A DNA stretch of 64,000 nt from Hormiphora californensis (taxonomy: Eukaryota; Animalia; Ctenophora): NCBI GenBank assembly GCA_020137815.1, contig CM035357.1, positions 930,001 to 994,000 on the forward strand, given 5' to 3'. The translations under genes were made by a program, and so were the position numbers. Shown here piece by piece: positions 1-13,086 of this stretch (position 1 is its first letter; each line of letters begins with the position of its first letter). A model generated the notes under the pieces. The model worked only from the letters and a program-made list of their open reading frames with translations. It ran no database searches and was not told where the DNA came from.

Positions 1-544
1 TATTGGTAAACGGGTCTTTAAACACCCAGATCATAACAGCGCCCTGGATTCTTTGCCCGAACCAACCTCAAAAAAAGTAAAACTAGGCCCCTCGTTGGAG
101 GCAGGAGGGTATTATAGTGTGTTGCTGAGTCCCTCATGTTTGTACCCAGTACACACTACCAGGAACCAAAATCGTGAAAACAGTTGCCTCAAAGAGACAC
201 CAATCATCATAAAGTCAGAATTTTCGACGTTGTCACCCCAAACTCAACAACTTCAAAAAACCCGACTTTACATCAACTATGTTATTGAACTTTTAATATT
301 GTTGCACGATGCCAGTACCAGGAACCGACCGAATCAGGAAATACTGGTCCCTGATTGGCTGATAACCAGTCACGTGACCTAAATAACGAGTTCTGACTGG
401 TTGTTTACTTGTTTCGGTCGGTTCATGGCGAGTACCATAATACCCATTTACGAAAGGTGTCAGCTATCATCATGATAACATGGACAGAGGAAACCCACTA
501 ACTATAGTGCCAGCTCGCCAATCGTCACCATATGGGACACCCTG
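1..544. mobile_element. Probable right end of a Tc1/mariner-type non-autonomous element (left end not seen)
   Basis: TGGGACACCCTG|TA at 533-546 is identical to the right terminus plus TA of the complete element at 38859-40062. The left boundary is unknown. Confidence 0.4.
318..428. mobile_element. ~110-bp MITE-like element
   Basis: Terminal inverted repeat CCAGGAACCGACCGAA ... TTCGGTCGGTTCATGG; non-coding. Confidence 0.55.
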
Positions 545-714
545 TATTTAGGCCGTGCCGTGAAAGTTTCACACATTGTGCAGTATATATCGGGTTATGG
601 TTCTAGCTCAAAGATCAGGAACGGGCTTTGAAGCTTGCATGACATGCTCACTAACATCCATATGCCAATATTTTATGTATTTCTTTAATTTTATATCTGC
701 CCTTATATAGTATC

Positions 715-1659
715 ATGAAGCCGGCATTATTACATTTTCTGGTATTTTGGGCGCTCTTCAATGATGTTCTAACTGGTTCTACCTGCTACGATCAAAAATG
801 CTATAATTTCGATGGCACATACATAGACTGTGACAACGAAGATAATTATTGTCAACAAACCTTCAGCACTCCTGATAATGTCAAATGTACCCCCACTACA
901 TCTTCTTTCTTAAGAAATAAAGTTTACTGCTATTCAACGTTTGGAGAGAGCGACACTTGTGATGTGGATGATGTTACCGGTAAGGCAAGTTGTCCGTATC
1001 ACTCAACTAGCCGACCCCGTACCGAATACCAAAGTGATGGCAATGGTAACAGTAATGTTCCTCCAACAGCAACAGAATCCACCCCGGAGGATAATGTGTA
1101 CATTTACATAACTTTAGGGACGATAATTAGTATTTTTTGTACTGCATCCTTTTTAGCGTGTAAATACAGGTGTTGCTGCCATTGCGCCCAGCGCTATAAT
1201 AGAAATCAATATGTTGAAACGCCTAATGATATCGAGATGAACGATAGGACACATTCTCAGCAGAATCCCCCACTATCCGGACCTTCCCATCCTTCAGGCC
1301 CTACACCCGGGGTACCTTTCTACCCAACAGCCCCTACACCCGGTGTACCTTTCTACCCAACAGCCCCTACACCCGGTGTACCTTTCTACCCAACAGCCCC
1401 CTTCCAGGGAAAACCGTCATACCCCTCTTCGACTACCCAGGACGTATCTTTCCACCCATCTGCACCTGTCCAGGACGTATCTTTCTATCCCTCTGCACCT
1501 GTCCAGGACGGTATATCTTCATACCCTCCACCCGGATCCCAAGATCAGGCAGCAGTCCCTCTTGTTCCGGCAGTAGTTCCTCTCGTTCAACAGGGGAGTG
1601 GTAACGAACCACCACCACCCTCGTATAATGATGTTATAGGGCATCCTGGAAACTACTAA
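715..1659 (+). CDS. Single-exon type I membrane protein with Shisa/WBP1/VOPP1-like architecture
   Basis: 314-aa ORF: signal peptide (MKPALLHFLVFWALF), Cys-rich ectodomain, TM helix (VYIYITLGTIISIFCTASFLA), juxtamembrane Cys cluster (CKYRCCCHC), Pro-rich tail with 10-aa repeats and a C-terminal PPPSY (PY) motif. Confidence 0.75.
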   Translation: MKPALLHFLVFWALFNDVLTGSTCYDQKCYNFDGTYIDCDNEDNYCQQTFSTPDNVKCTPTTSSFLRNKVYCYSTFGESDTCDVDDVTGKASCPYHSTSRPRTEYQSDGNGNSNVPPTATESTPEDNVYIYITLGTIISIFCTASFLACKYRCCCHCAQRYNRNQYVETPNDIEMNDRTHSQQNPPLSGPSHPSGPTPGVPFYPTAPTPGVPFYPTAPTPGVPFYPTAPFQGKPSYPSSTTQDVSFHPSAPVQDVSFYPSAPVQDGISSYPPPGSQDQAAVPLVPAVVPLVQQGSGNEPPPPSYNDVIGHPGNY

Positions 1660-1808
1660 AACATCGTATGATGTTATGTGATGTGATCTTTCAGTTATGG
1701 AAGTAATGAAGTGTTTTACTGTGATTTGAACAGTGAGTTCAAGTTCGCAACTAGATGATAAACAACTTAGTACCTAGTAAAACTGATTTAAAATAGATGA
1801 TAAACAAC

Positions 1809-1859
1809 TTGGTGACGCAGTCACCCTTACAACTCGCAAAACGAAGCCCGCGCCACCAA
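1809..1859. mobile_element. 51-bp mini element with TTGGTG..CACCAA ends and 9-bp TSD
   Basis: ATAAACAAC on both flanks (1800-1808, 1860-1868); ends TTGGTGACG and CGCCACCAA. Confidence 0.6.
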
Positions 1860-3764
1860 ATAAACAACTTAGTACTTAGTAAAACTGAGGTATGTTTTAA
1901 AAAAAGATAAGCGTCTTATAATTTATACAGACATTTTTTTCCAGAGTGGATTTTAGAAGTTTGAAACATTTTTAACCGGTCACTATACAAACAATCTCAC
2001 AATATTAGTATCTTATTTATTCGTTTAAATGTATTTACTCTTTTACGTTCTATGTATAAACTGTCTTCTTCCCTCATGCCAGTGTTTTTCTCGGCCGTGC
2101 CGCTCTTTTTACCTCCCTATAACAAATGATATTGCAATATAACGCCCACTGCGCTTTTTTAGACAAATATCACCCGCACGGTAGCGGGCTGATATGACTG
2201 CATCCGAGGTGATAAATCTCATATCACACGCTCCAAAAGTGTAGTTTATTACACACAAGAATTCATTTAAAAAAGGTGTGAAATCCTTTCTTATGTGTGT
2301 ATGTGTAACACACTGTTGAATAAGAAAGAAGAAATTTAGGGATAGGGAGTGTGTATAGATTAACACAAGAGAGAAACAAGAAAGACATTGGCATTCGTTA
2401 TCTCTCTACTTAATTAGCCCCAATAGTTCGCTTGTGTGTGTGTGTGAGTGTCTAGACATGTCTGCAGTTGCAAGGGAAACATATTTGAAGGGTTGACATG
2501 AGTTGTGTTGCCTCTCTCTCTCTCTGTAATCATTTGTTGTTGAACTGTGAAAGTTTGAGGATGCTGAATAATATTTCAAATTGAGTTGAAAAACTTGAAA
2601 GGGGATTAGTGTTGTTCTCTCCTTGCTTGCAGTGGGCGTTATATGCTATAACACCTTATGTGTATCAAATATATCGCCCTCACTACGTTCGGGGCGATAT
2701 ATTGCATATCGTCCCCTTGCTCCGCAAGGGGCCGATATGCGGGAGGCGATATACAGATACACACCGGTGTTATTATAGCACATATATTGGAAGTTTATTC
2801 AGTTTCTGCGGCTGTCTATTTAAAAAGCACACAACTTTTCATGCATGTGTGTGTTGAGCGAAATAATCTAGGAAGATAATTAGCACATATTATTATCATA
2901 TTATGGGCTGAGGAAATTATTGCATGTCCTGTTAGTGTAAATGTTTTAGTGATGATATTCGGCATGCCGTTTATAATATAGCTGAAATACCAAACTCCTC
3001 TCCTTATTTACCCACTTCGTTATAAGTTGCTTCCTTTAAGAATTAATTATTTAATTAACTCCCCCACTCTGTAGCTACAGCAATGCTTTCTACTGTGGAA
3101 TCGTTGATTGGCCCAATTTTCTGTTGAACGCATTTCACTCTGACAAACCATTGTAAGTAACGCGCGATGCATTTTCTGTGGTCTCAATCGCGCGCTCTTC
3201 CCATACACACTCGCATCGGCATACACACACACACACACTTGTGTGAAGGTGACATGCAAGTTTCCTGACTTCTTTTTTAAAAAAGCCTGTTCATTCACTT
3301 CAGGATCATGTCTAACGGTCTGAGAATGATTTAGACGATGGTGTCTGTTCTAAATGACCTCAAAGTTAGACCAAGACATAAACTCTGTCATGTCATTTAT
3401 CAATTATATTTCTCTGGCGATGAATTGCTCACAAAGTCTGATGTGTGTCACTGTGTTAGCTACACAAGCGGTGATACTGACTGGACCAACCCTAAACACC
3501 CTCTATCATTGTCAGGCCAATGCTCTGACCAGAGTTTTGAAAGAAATGAGAATAAGGGCCAGGCCAATGCTCTGACAACTCTACCACTCATTCTGATTCT
3601 ACAAGTATCACGTACCCTCTTTATTCATTCATTTCTCATATTACTAAGTAAGTAAGTCATATTATGTTACCTATCAATCTCACCCTTTCTCGCTGTCTCG
3701 CTGATCTGTGTCTCCCACATCTCTTCAATTTAGATACCCACGAGCGAGAATCGCATAGCCTCAT

Positions 3765-3772
3765 CTCTCTCG

Positions 3773-3826
<54 letters not shown>

Positions 3827-4160
3827 CTCACTCTCTCTTTTTTTTCTCTGCCTTTCTCTCTCCCTACCAAAGCTAATGGTCTGTACCCAATCGTTCTCAG
3901 CTGCTGCATCACTGTGTGTGTGTGTTTGGCCAAAAAAAGGCTAAACCTGGCATCTTCCCCTCCTTAGCTCTCCCTCCCTAAGTGTCCTCTCTATCTCTCT
4001 AAGTGTCCTCTCTCTTTCTCTCTCTTTTTTTTCAGCTCTCCCTCTTTCTCTCTGAGAGTCTCTCCCTTTCTCTCTCTTTTTCGGCTCTCCCTCTTTCTCT
4101 CTAACCATCGGCACACACTATCCCTCTCACGTCATCCCATTCTCTCTCTCTCTCTCTCTC

Positions 4161-4226
<66 letters not shown>
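3765..4226. repeat. (CT)n microsatellite-rich region
   Basis: Direct inspection. Confidence 0.9.
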
Positions 4227-4228
<2 letters not shown>

Positions 4229-4308
4229 CAACATATCCTTGTGTGTTAGTTCCTTGTGCATCTCTTTCTCTGCTTCCTTGTGTTGAGTAGTAACTCTCTT
4301 AGTGTGCC

Positions 4309-7300
4309 ATGGATAAAAACTATCCCAACCTCACTGATGCCAGCTCATCTAACCCCCTGGACTCTCAAATTTCTCGGAAAAAGAAGATTATTCGTCTTAC
4401 ATTTATCTCACAGAAAAGAAACCTCCGTAAGCAGGATGTTGCTCCCCCTGCTCCTCCTCCTGCTGAGAGAGAGGAAGGTGAGCTGTGTGAGGAAGAGGAG
4501 GGAGAGGTTGATGTGGTAAAGTATACACCGCCCCGCCCTACAGAAGATGATGAGTTGTACAGTCATGCGATGGAAAGTTTGGTGAAGGAGCAGGGAGATG
4601 AAATTGGGGATTATTTTGAGGATATGTTTGAAGTGGAACAGAAGGAAAAACTGAAACCTGTGAAATATTCAACACCTTACACTGGAACATTACAATCTAC
4701 TGCTAGTACAGCTACCAAACCTACTGCTAGTGATTCAGCTGCTAAATGTACAGATGCCACTGACATGGATACAGATCAATTGGACTCACTACCTCAGATG
4801 TTGAGTGATGATGAAGTCCCTACAGAAAGCGAGGTTTCATCCTGGAAACCTGTAAATACAGTTCCTGCCACGGACGCGGTTGCTATGGAAGCGGTTACCA
4901 TGGTAACGGATTGTGATCCAGGTGAGAACAATGTAGTTATTGAGCAGGATGTTGAAGAAGACACAGAAATAGGAGGAAATGAAGCACAGGATGTTCCAGA
5001 TGAGGGTACTACCCTGGGTAGTGAGGGACAGGAAGAACAGGACAATGAAGCTGAAGAAGAAGATGCTCTAGCGGGGGATAGAGAAGATGACCCAGTTGGG
5101 GATGGAGAAGATGCTCTAGCGGGGGATGGAGAAGATGTTCCAGCTACAGCAGGGGTTGAAGAGAAGGATCAAGCAACAGATCACAGCAACACCACGCCAA
5201 TAAAATGTCAAGATGCCAAAACAGAGGAAGCTAAGGACGGAGAAACGTCCAAAGATTCTCCAAAAAAGAAAAAGGAGAAACTGAAGAAACCCCAAGAGAA
5301 ATCTCGTTCAAGATCCTCCGATTGCTCACAGAAAGAACGCTTAAAAAACAAAATTAAGTCCCTAGAAAAAAGCATATCCCAGAAAAAGTGCAAAACCGAA
5401 GAAAAGAGCATATCCGAAGAAAATAGCAAATCCGAAGAAACGAGGAAATCTAAGGATAGAAGCAAAGCTAGAGAAAACAGCAAATCGAGGGGTAGAAGCA
5501 AATCTAGAGACAAGAGCGAATCTAAAGAAAAGGGGAAATCAAGACACAGAAGCAGATCAAAAAGTAGAGGCAAATCTAAAAATAGAACTAGAAGCAGATC
5601 TAAAAATAGAAGCAGATCCCGAGGTAGGAGCAGATCACGGCACCCCAGTTGGGGAGAGCGATACAGATATAGACGGCGAGAGTGGTCCGCGAACAGAATA
5701 AAAAGGTTCAATGAGGCGAGACCGAAGGAAAACACTTTTTGTAGAGGTCGCAGTTTGGAGAGACCGACCTCAAGAAGGGGCCGGAGCTTGGAGAGATCGA
5801 TACGATCTCCATCTAGAATGCTGAGTCAAGAAGATGCCCCATTTATCCGTCCCCCTGCTGCCCTAACAACACCAGTGCCAGATATGATGGATGCTGAGAA
5901 CTTCGAGAAGGTCCAAACAGCTCTGTTGAACCTTCCAATTAGCCAACACAAATCTTTGCCATCCGTTAAAGGATCATTCATCAGGGTGGGCAGGACCAGT
6001 GTCGGGATTCCTGGATCAGACTTTGCTGAAAAATTCAAAAATATTGTCAGGGACGAACATTCGGTGAGTCGGTGGGGACTGAGGAGTTGTTGTATAGAAC
6101 TTCACACCCACAATAACTTTCAACAGCATTTTATGGTGAAACATCTACATTTTGCTCCACCAAATATAACCACACCCCAACCTTACTCACTGCTCAAACC
6201 CTAACCTTCCTTTGAGTACCTAAGTACCCACGTGTCAGTGTTATTTTAGGTTATTATAGGTCACTATAGTGACTTACAATTTACATCCCCTCTCTTTTTC
6301 AGAGCGGCGTTGTTATGCCGAGCGGTACCATTTGGATAGGTGGCCTCCCCACTGACATCACATCATCTGAGATCGAACAGGCATTTGATAAGTTTGGGGC
6401 GATTTCAAATGTGAATTTCAGGGGACACTCCCACCCGATATATGCCTTTGTTACCTTTAGAAAACAGTAAGTGGTTGAAGATAGAAGTACCTTTCTGATC
6501 TCCCTAACTCAGTTTCATCAAATAATACCTCCCCCACTCCCCAGTTCTCAAAATACCTTGTTGAGTAAGGGGGACACACCCTTCCCCCTTACTCAACAAA
6601 AAATACCACTGACAGTGGCACCATGTACTTATTTTAATCCGGAAGAAGAAACAACACATTTCCAACTGCTCTAACAACCACCTTTCTCCCACCCAGGTCA
6701 GCAGCGGAAGCGGCCATTTCTGTGATGGACCAGGCGAGGCTCAAGGGGTTCACCATCAAGGTCCAGTATGCCCGATTTGGGGAGCACGGGGAGGATCAGG
6801 AGCCAAGTACCCGTCCCCTGTCAGACAATGAACTCCCCGGAACAACTACAACAATTAGGGGGTCATCTGCCGCACGATCTGAAACTGCAATAAAGGGCCT
6901 CACACGGTCCTCAGCAAGTGGGAAAGGGAAGAAGCACAAGAGGAGTTTACAGCTGTTAAAGATGTTGGAGGAGGCTGATGGGATCAGTTCGGAGGATGAA
7001 GAGGAGGAGAGGATGAAGAGGAAGCTGAGGAAAGAGAGAGCTGCCGCTATGAAGAAGAAGATGAAAATGATAGAACTCATGCAGAGTATGTTGTCGCTCT
7101 CAGAGGATGAACCTGATTCTCCCACTCCTCCTCCTCCTCCTCCACCACCTCCAGTCTCACGCAGAAGGCGGCTAAACGGCAGCGAGAGGTTGTTGTGGAG
7201 GGAGACCAGTCCTCTGGGGGAGGTGAGTCCAGTGGACCCGAGTTGGACCTGGGAGAGATTGGTATTTGTCTGACTAGAAGAGAGCAGAAGATTGTGCTGA

Positions 7301-8827
7301 AGAAGGCAGAGGATGTGCTAATGAAAAGAGCACTGGATAAGAGTTTACAAGAGAAAGGCACTGAAGGAACAGGAGAAACAACAAAAGAATGAGGAGAAAA
7401 AGAGAAAGAGGAAAAAGAAGAAAAAGGATGTTTCTAGTGGTGAGGAAGACCATGAGGAGGGTGAGAAGGAATTGAGCAGTGGAGGAGAGGAAAAGAGACG
7501 GAGGAGGTCATTAAAAAAGAGTAAAACACCCACAAAAATGGACACCTCTGAACCTCCACAGCCACCACAGAGTTCTAAGAAAGAGAAACAGCCCGAGCCT
7601 GCTGCTCCGGAACAGGACAATATTGATGGTACACCAGTTGAGGATTGTAACCAAGCAACACCCGAACAAAAACCACAACCGTCGGCAATTCCAAAATTCA
7701 CAGAACTTGATCAGGGAGAAGGTGTTAGTAAATGGGAGGAGGTCGATACTGCTGCTACTGCTGATGCTGTTAGAACGCGGAGAGATTCTTCAAAAAGTTC
7801 AAATAGGTGTGTTGATAATTATATATTGGATATGTAAAGCATTGTACAATTTTTAGCTTTTATTTATTTTACTCTATTTAATATCTTGTGTACCCCCTTC
7901 CTTACTAATCTATAGCATTGAACTAGTTAACTAATTAATTAATTAATTAACCCCTTGATCTCTGTTTCAGGTTGGACAGGTCCCGATTCTCCCTCTCTCC
8001 CAGTGCAGCTAAAGGATCTAAACGAGATTCCTCCGGATCCTCTTCCTCTGGTAGCAGATCTCCCAGTAGGAGGAAATCACCCCCGAATAGGAGGGATAGT
8101 CGGTCAAACTCTCGGTCTCGGTCTCGCACACCCCGTCAATACAGGACAGGTGAGCACTGAGCTGTCAGAGCATTGGCCTGACAGACACTGAGCAGAATCA
8201 CATCTGATGGGATTGCTGTCAGGCCAATGCTCTGACCACAGTTCTCGCTATTTGAGAGAAATGAGAATAGGGTCAGGCCAATGCTCTGACAGTGGGATTG
8301 GGTACAAATCTTGAAATTTGTTGTCCTTCGACTGGTTAAAATCACTATCAGATCGGATCGGTTCGGATCAGTCAGTGTGGACGTTGGTTGTGTCATTGTC
8401 TGTCTGGCGCCGCCGACCCCATCTGAGCGCACTGAGAATCAAATTGGGGTATGGGCGCCGCCATACAGGTCATTGTCGGATCTAGCAATCAATTTTAAAT
8501 CTGACAATTTTATACCATTTTCACTGACATGACCCAGTTACAATTTCAGGGCACAACAACTACAAGAACAACAACTACCACAAGCCATGGTACAACAACA
8601 ACCGCTGGAACAACAACTGGAATTACAACAAGAGGGGAGGAAGGGGCCGTGGGAATTTCAGGAACCGTGGTGGTTACAACAATAAATACAGATATGCTAA
8701 CAACCCACGTTATCATGGCAATAAGTCACGTGATGACAGGAGACAGTCACGTGATAGGAGTGCTTCAAGGAGTAGATCACCCGGAGGGAGGAGGGATGAA
8801 GGAGGGGAGGGTGTGAGCAAGGACTGA
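4309..8827 (+). CDS. Large acidic/RS-rich RRM-containing protein (SR-like RNA-binding protein), multi-exon
   Basis: Exons ~4309-6063, 6303-6466, 6697-7805, 7971-8149, 8549-8827 with GT-AG introns. An RRM spans exons 2-3 (TIWIGGLPTDITSSEIEQAFDKFGAI...YAFVTF...AAEAAISVMDQARLKGFTIKVQYAR). RS repeats and an N/Y/RGG-rich last exon are present. Two apparent frameshifts near 7140 and 7355. Confidence 0.7.
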
Positions 8828-9321
8828 AGGAGGGGAGAGTGTGAGCAAGGAGGGGAGGGTGTGAGCAAGGAATGTACCCCAAATGACCAAATGTGCCAGT
8901 TTGAGTTATATTAATATGAGTGTGTGGTTGAGCCGTTTCCTATAAAGTGTGGAGACTATGTTTGTCGTATATAAAGCCCCCTTTTTTATAAGCCAGATTT
9001 GTATGAATATTAAGCAGATCCTATTTTCCTGACTGAATCTCATATCCGACCCTAATTACCAGTACGTTTATGTATAATAACTGAGCTGCAGCTGTATGGT
9101 CGATGTGTTTTGTTTTGTTCAAAGGATGGTCGAACAAGGCAAGGTGTGTTTATAGTTTCGGGATTGTTCAATTTTGCTGTTTACAGTTTGAGATAATTTA
9201 TCGATTTGACTATTTATTTACTAAATTAGCCGAGTGTTTACAATTTGTTCGCCGGGGAACGGTATGGATACACGGTTGACACTTGCAATGCTCTAGCTTC
9301 CTCTCCAATAAAACGGATACC

Positions 9322-10214
9322 ATGGTACCGTGTGCGGCAAAAAAAAGCCCCCCCCTAGACCACCATAGTTGCCGATGTGGTGGAGAGCTGTAACTTGGCA
9401 GGGTTGCTCCACTATGTCTATCTTGATCCTGACAGAAAAATCAGAGCTCTAGCTCAAAATTCATTTTTTTGATAGGAATGAACATTGTCATTCATTCCAA
9501 GAAAAAAATATTTTCGGTCCAGAATTCAAGCAATTATCTTTGGCCATCGATTAGCTTTCCAATGTGACCAAGATCATCTAAATTGGGCAACCACAAGAGA
9601 CACAGTGTCATGTTTCTTAAAGTTAGTCAGGTCATGAGATCTTCACCGAATCGTTGATTATCCGGGATTGCTAATCGAGCCAATGGGCAGAGGAATCTCG
9701 TATCACGGCCGCTAATGAGGTATGTGTACCAATACAGGGTAATGTGATTCGAGGAAAGAGGACATTTATCAAAGAGCTACAGATCTCATGACCAATCAGC
9801 ATCGTCATCCCTCATTAGTAGCCGTGATACGTGATTCTCTACCACTTAGACCGATTCGTAATACTGAACAGTGAACACTCAACGATTCGGTGAAGATCAC
9901 ATGACCTGATTAAATTTAAGAAAGATGACACTGTGTCTCTTGTGGTTGCCCAATTTAGATGATCTTGGTCACATTGGAAAGCTAATCGATGGCCAAAGAT
10001 AATTGCTTGAATTCTGGACCGAAAATATTTTTTTCTTGGAATGAATGACAATGTTCATTCCTATCAAAAAAATGAATTTTGAGCTAGAGCTCTGATTTTT
10101 CTGTCAGGATCAAGATAGACATAGTGGAGCAACCCTGCCAAGTTACAGCTCTCCACCACATCGGCAACTATGGTGGTCTAGGGGGGGGCTTTTTTTTGCC
10201 GCACACGGTACCAT
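9322..10214. mobile_element. ~890-bp foldback/MITE with ~340-bp inverted arms
   Basis: ATGGTACCGTGTGCGGCAAAAAAAAGCCCC... at 9322 is the reverse complement of ...GGGGCTTTTTTTTGCCGCACACGGTACCAT ending at 10214. A second inner inverted pair lies at ~9700-9720/9810-9835. TA|CCGT ends are compatible with Tc1/mariner. Confidence 0.85.
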
Positions 10215-10643
10215 ACTATGGAATTGGAATCAGGGTGACAGGCACACCCTATGCTATGGACCATAGGGTGTGTCTGTCACCCTGTGTTGTGCAGCCTGAT
10301 TCTAATTCGCCACCTGTACTAACCCAACAAGCACAACCACCCGTGACTTGTTTCCACCAGCCGGAACACATTGAGATGGGGCTTCCTGCCAGCTCTATCT
10401 CGCACATCTGGTATCACCTCCATTCACTATTCACACAGTCACCCCTTGTCATTAGACACAGTGCAGAAACTGTCATTCTCACAGCTCTTGCCAGCGCCAC
10501 ATCCGGCACACAACCTCACCTGACCCTTTTCAGCGCCCGGGTTGGTGCTGTTTTACTCAATGCGCGCGTCATTCCTTCATCCATGGAGTGCTATGTGGCT
10601 TGTTTGCCCCTCACATCACACACCCCGCGCGTTACGTTATAGT

Positions 10644-11249
10644 AGCAGTGGCAGGGTCTAAGTGAGACGTATTCGAGTGTGAACGGAGATTTGGGACATT
10701 GGGGGGGGGGGGGGGGGGGGGTGCAGCCCCAAAAAAATTCAAACTTTTTCCGAAACCCAGGGTATGGTTGGTTTTTTTTGGTCGTTTTTGGTTGAAATTT
10801 CTTTGATTTTTTTGGTCGTTTTTGATTTTTTTTGATCGTTTTTGATTTTTTTTGATCGTTTTTGTTTTTTTTGATCGTTTTTGTTTTTTTTATAATTTTT
10901 TTGATCGTTTTTGAATTTTTTTGATCGTTTTTGATTTTTTTTGATTGTTTAATGTTGAACAAAAAGTTCAAAAACGATCAAATAAAATCAAAAACGATCA
11001 AAAAAATTCAAAAAAAATCAAAAACGATCAAAAAAAATCAAAAAAGATAAAAAAAAATTAAAAAAAATCAAAAAAAAATAAAAAAAGATCAAAAAAAATT
11101 AAAAAAAATCAAAAACGACCAAAAAAAATCAACACTTTTGAAAATCCAGGGTATGGTTGGTTTTTTTGGGCTGCACCCCCCCCCCCCCCCCCCGACATTT
11201 TGGGTGTCTCAAAAATCCGACATGAAGAGGAGACGACCCTGCCACTGCT
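10644..11249. mobile_element. Foldback-like element with 15-bp TIR and an inverted array of ~20-bp subrepeats
   Basis: AGCAGTGGCAGGGTC ... GACCCTGCCACTGCT; a G-tract near the left end and a C-tract near the right end; (TTTTTTTGATCGTTTTTGA)n facing (TCAAAAACGATCAAAAAAA)n about a centre near 10960. Confidence 0.75.
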
Positions 11250-11322
11250 TTTTGTTCAGAACAATAATTCCCAATTACACGTTTGTTTTTCATCATAAAT
11301 AAAAAGAGATGATAAAAATCCT

Positions 11323-12538
11323 CTAACGGTAACGCTTGAGAGACAGGGTATTTCGCCTCTTCCAGTTGGCTCGTCTGCTGCTTCCAATGACCTTGCTGAA
11401 CTTGTGTCCCTTGCCCATTCCTCGGTTCTTCTTTCCAGCGCTGGTGACGGCCCTGAGTTCCCTGTGTTTGTGAACTGCTCCAACTATCCAGTTAATTCGG
11501 GGGTCACGTCGGATACACTTGTGAGCGGGATCAACGCAGATCACTTCGTAGTACTTGTACACGGCATCGGCACCAACCCAGTAGCTGGAGGAGGGGTATT
11601 GGGTTAGGATTGGATTGAAGAAGATTGGGATCTACGATCTACTTGTTTGAGTGGAAATAAGTGGATGAAAGGGGACAATCAGATGCTTTTAAGAGATGGG
11701 TGATCTATGACTGGTAAATTGTACCCCTAGGTTTTAGGACACGAAAACTAAGTTTCGTCATCCAGGTAAGATAGAGGCAACTCATTTAGCTGTGCAAACT
11801 TGTCTCAATGAGACATTAGGGGTCTCGCGTACAATGGACACAGCATTAAATAATTGATCGATAGATTGATATGATAGTTGTGGATACGGCATGGGATAGA
11901 AACGATTACCGGCTCGGAATGAGCTTGGTTCACTTGCAGAGCAAGAGAGATGGTGGTATTATGCAGCTGAGATGAATGAATTACTACATATTACACACCT
12001 GTTAAGAACTCGGAGGCCACCGCAGGCTCGTCCAACCCTCTCCTCAGCAACAGACTGGATACTCCTCTGGAACTTGAGGGACTTGACTCCGGCACTCTTG
12101 GGCTTGCCGTAGCAGATACCCTTGGCGACGGGCCTCTTCCTTCCTCCCCTCTTCACTCGGGTTCGGTAGATCACCATACCTTGCTTCTTCTTGTATCCCA
12201 GTCGCCTGGCCTTGTCTGGTCGGGTAGACCTGAGGGGAATAGGGTCTTAGATAGGTATTAGGAGTGTAAGGAAAAGACGTGTATACATTGTAAAGAATCT
12301 GTGTTCTACATGTGTGATGTACACATTGTGTATACTAATTATTAATTATGTATACTAATATTGTATTATGTATACTAATATGAATATTACATTATATCTA
12401 ATTACTACAAATGTACCTGGAGGCACGGTGGACGGCGGTGAGCTGCCTGAACTGCCAGCACCGGATCCTCAGAAGGAACCTCAGCAGATCACTCTGCTTC
12501 TTCTTGTAAAGCTCCTCCATGTACTTGTACGCACCCAT
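11323..12538 (-). CDS. RPL15: 60S ribosomal protein L15
   Basis: Exons 12538-12417, 12229-11999, 11584-11323: [29 protein letters not shown]...[22 protein letters not shown]...[25 protein letters not shown]...NTLSLKRYR. Confidence 0.97.
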
Positions 12539-12539
12539 G

Positions 12540-12720
12540 GTGAGGCCTATATATCAAACAGTGGTCGGGTTAGACATTGTTAAGTTAGAGAGAGAGAGGG
12601 AGATGTTGTGAGGTGAGGCCTATATCAAACAGTGGTCGGGTTAGACATTGTTAAGAGAGAGGGAGATGTTATGAGGTGAGGCCTATATAAAGCAGTGGTT
12701 GGGTTAGATTTAGAGGGAGA
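12540..12720. repeat. Three ~65-bp tandem copies of the RPL15 upstream splice-acceptor region
   Basis: GTGAGGCCTATAT..CAGTGGT(C/T)GGGTTAGA at ~12540, 12613 and 12676. Confidence 0.8.
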
Positions 12721-13086
12721 TTTGCATGCGAGAATCGTGAGGAAACTGGAGGGTGCAGGTGCAGTGAAATATAATGAGGTTGATTTCTCGCTGAAATGGT
12801 TTTAGATTGTGCGAGTAAAATAGCCGTTATCTTTTGTTTCAACAGGTCTCAAATCATAAAGCAACAGCAACAAGTAGATTTGTACAGCATTTTAGGATAT
12901 AATGTGAAGATTCACTCTTCTCTCTCTCACTTTCACTCTTCTCTCTCTATCTCACTTTCATTCTCTCTTAACTCAATCTGTAGATAAAATATACACATCC
13001 AATAACGGATAAATAGCTATCTCACTTTCACGCACTTTAAAAGACATCTCCATTGAAGAAGATCAACTCCTTACAAGATCCACAGT

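Noticed and set aside
4794-7701. Several minus-strand ORFs
   Set aside because: Antisense shadows of the low-complexity RS/RRM gene.
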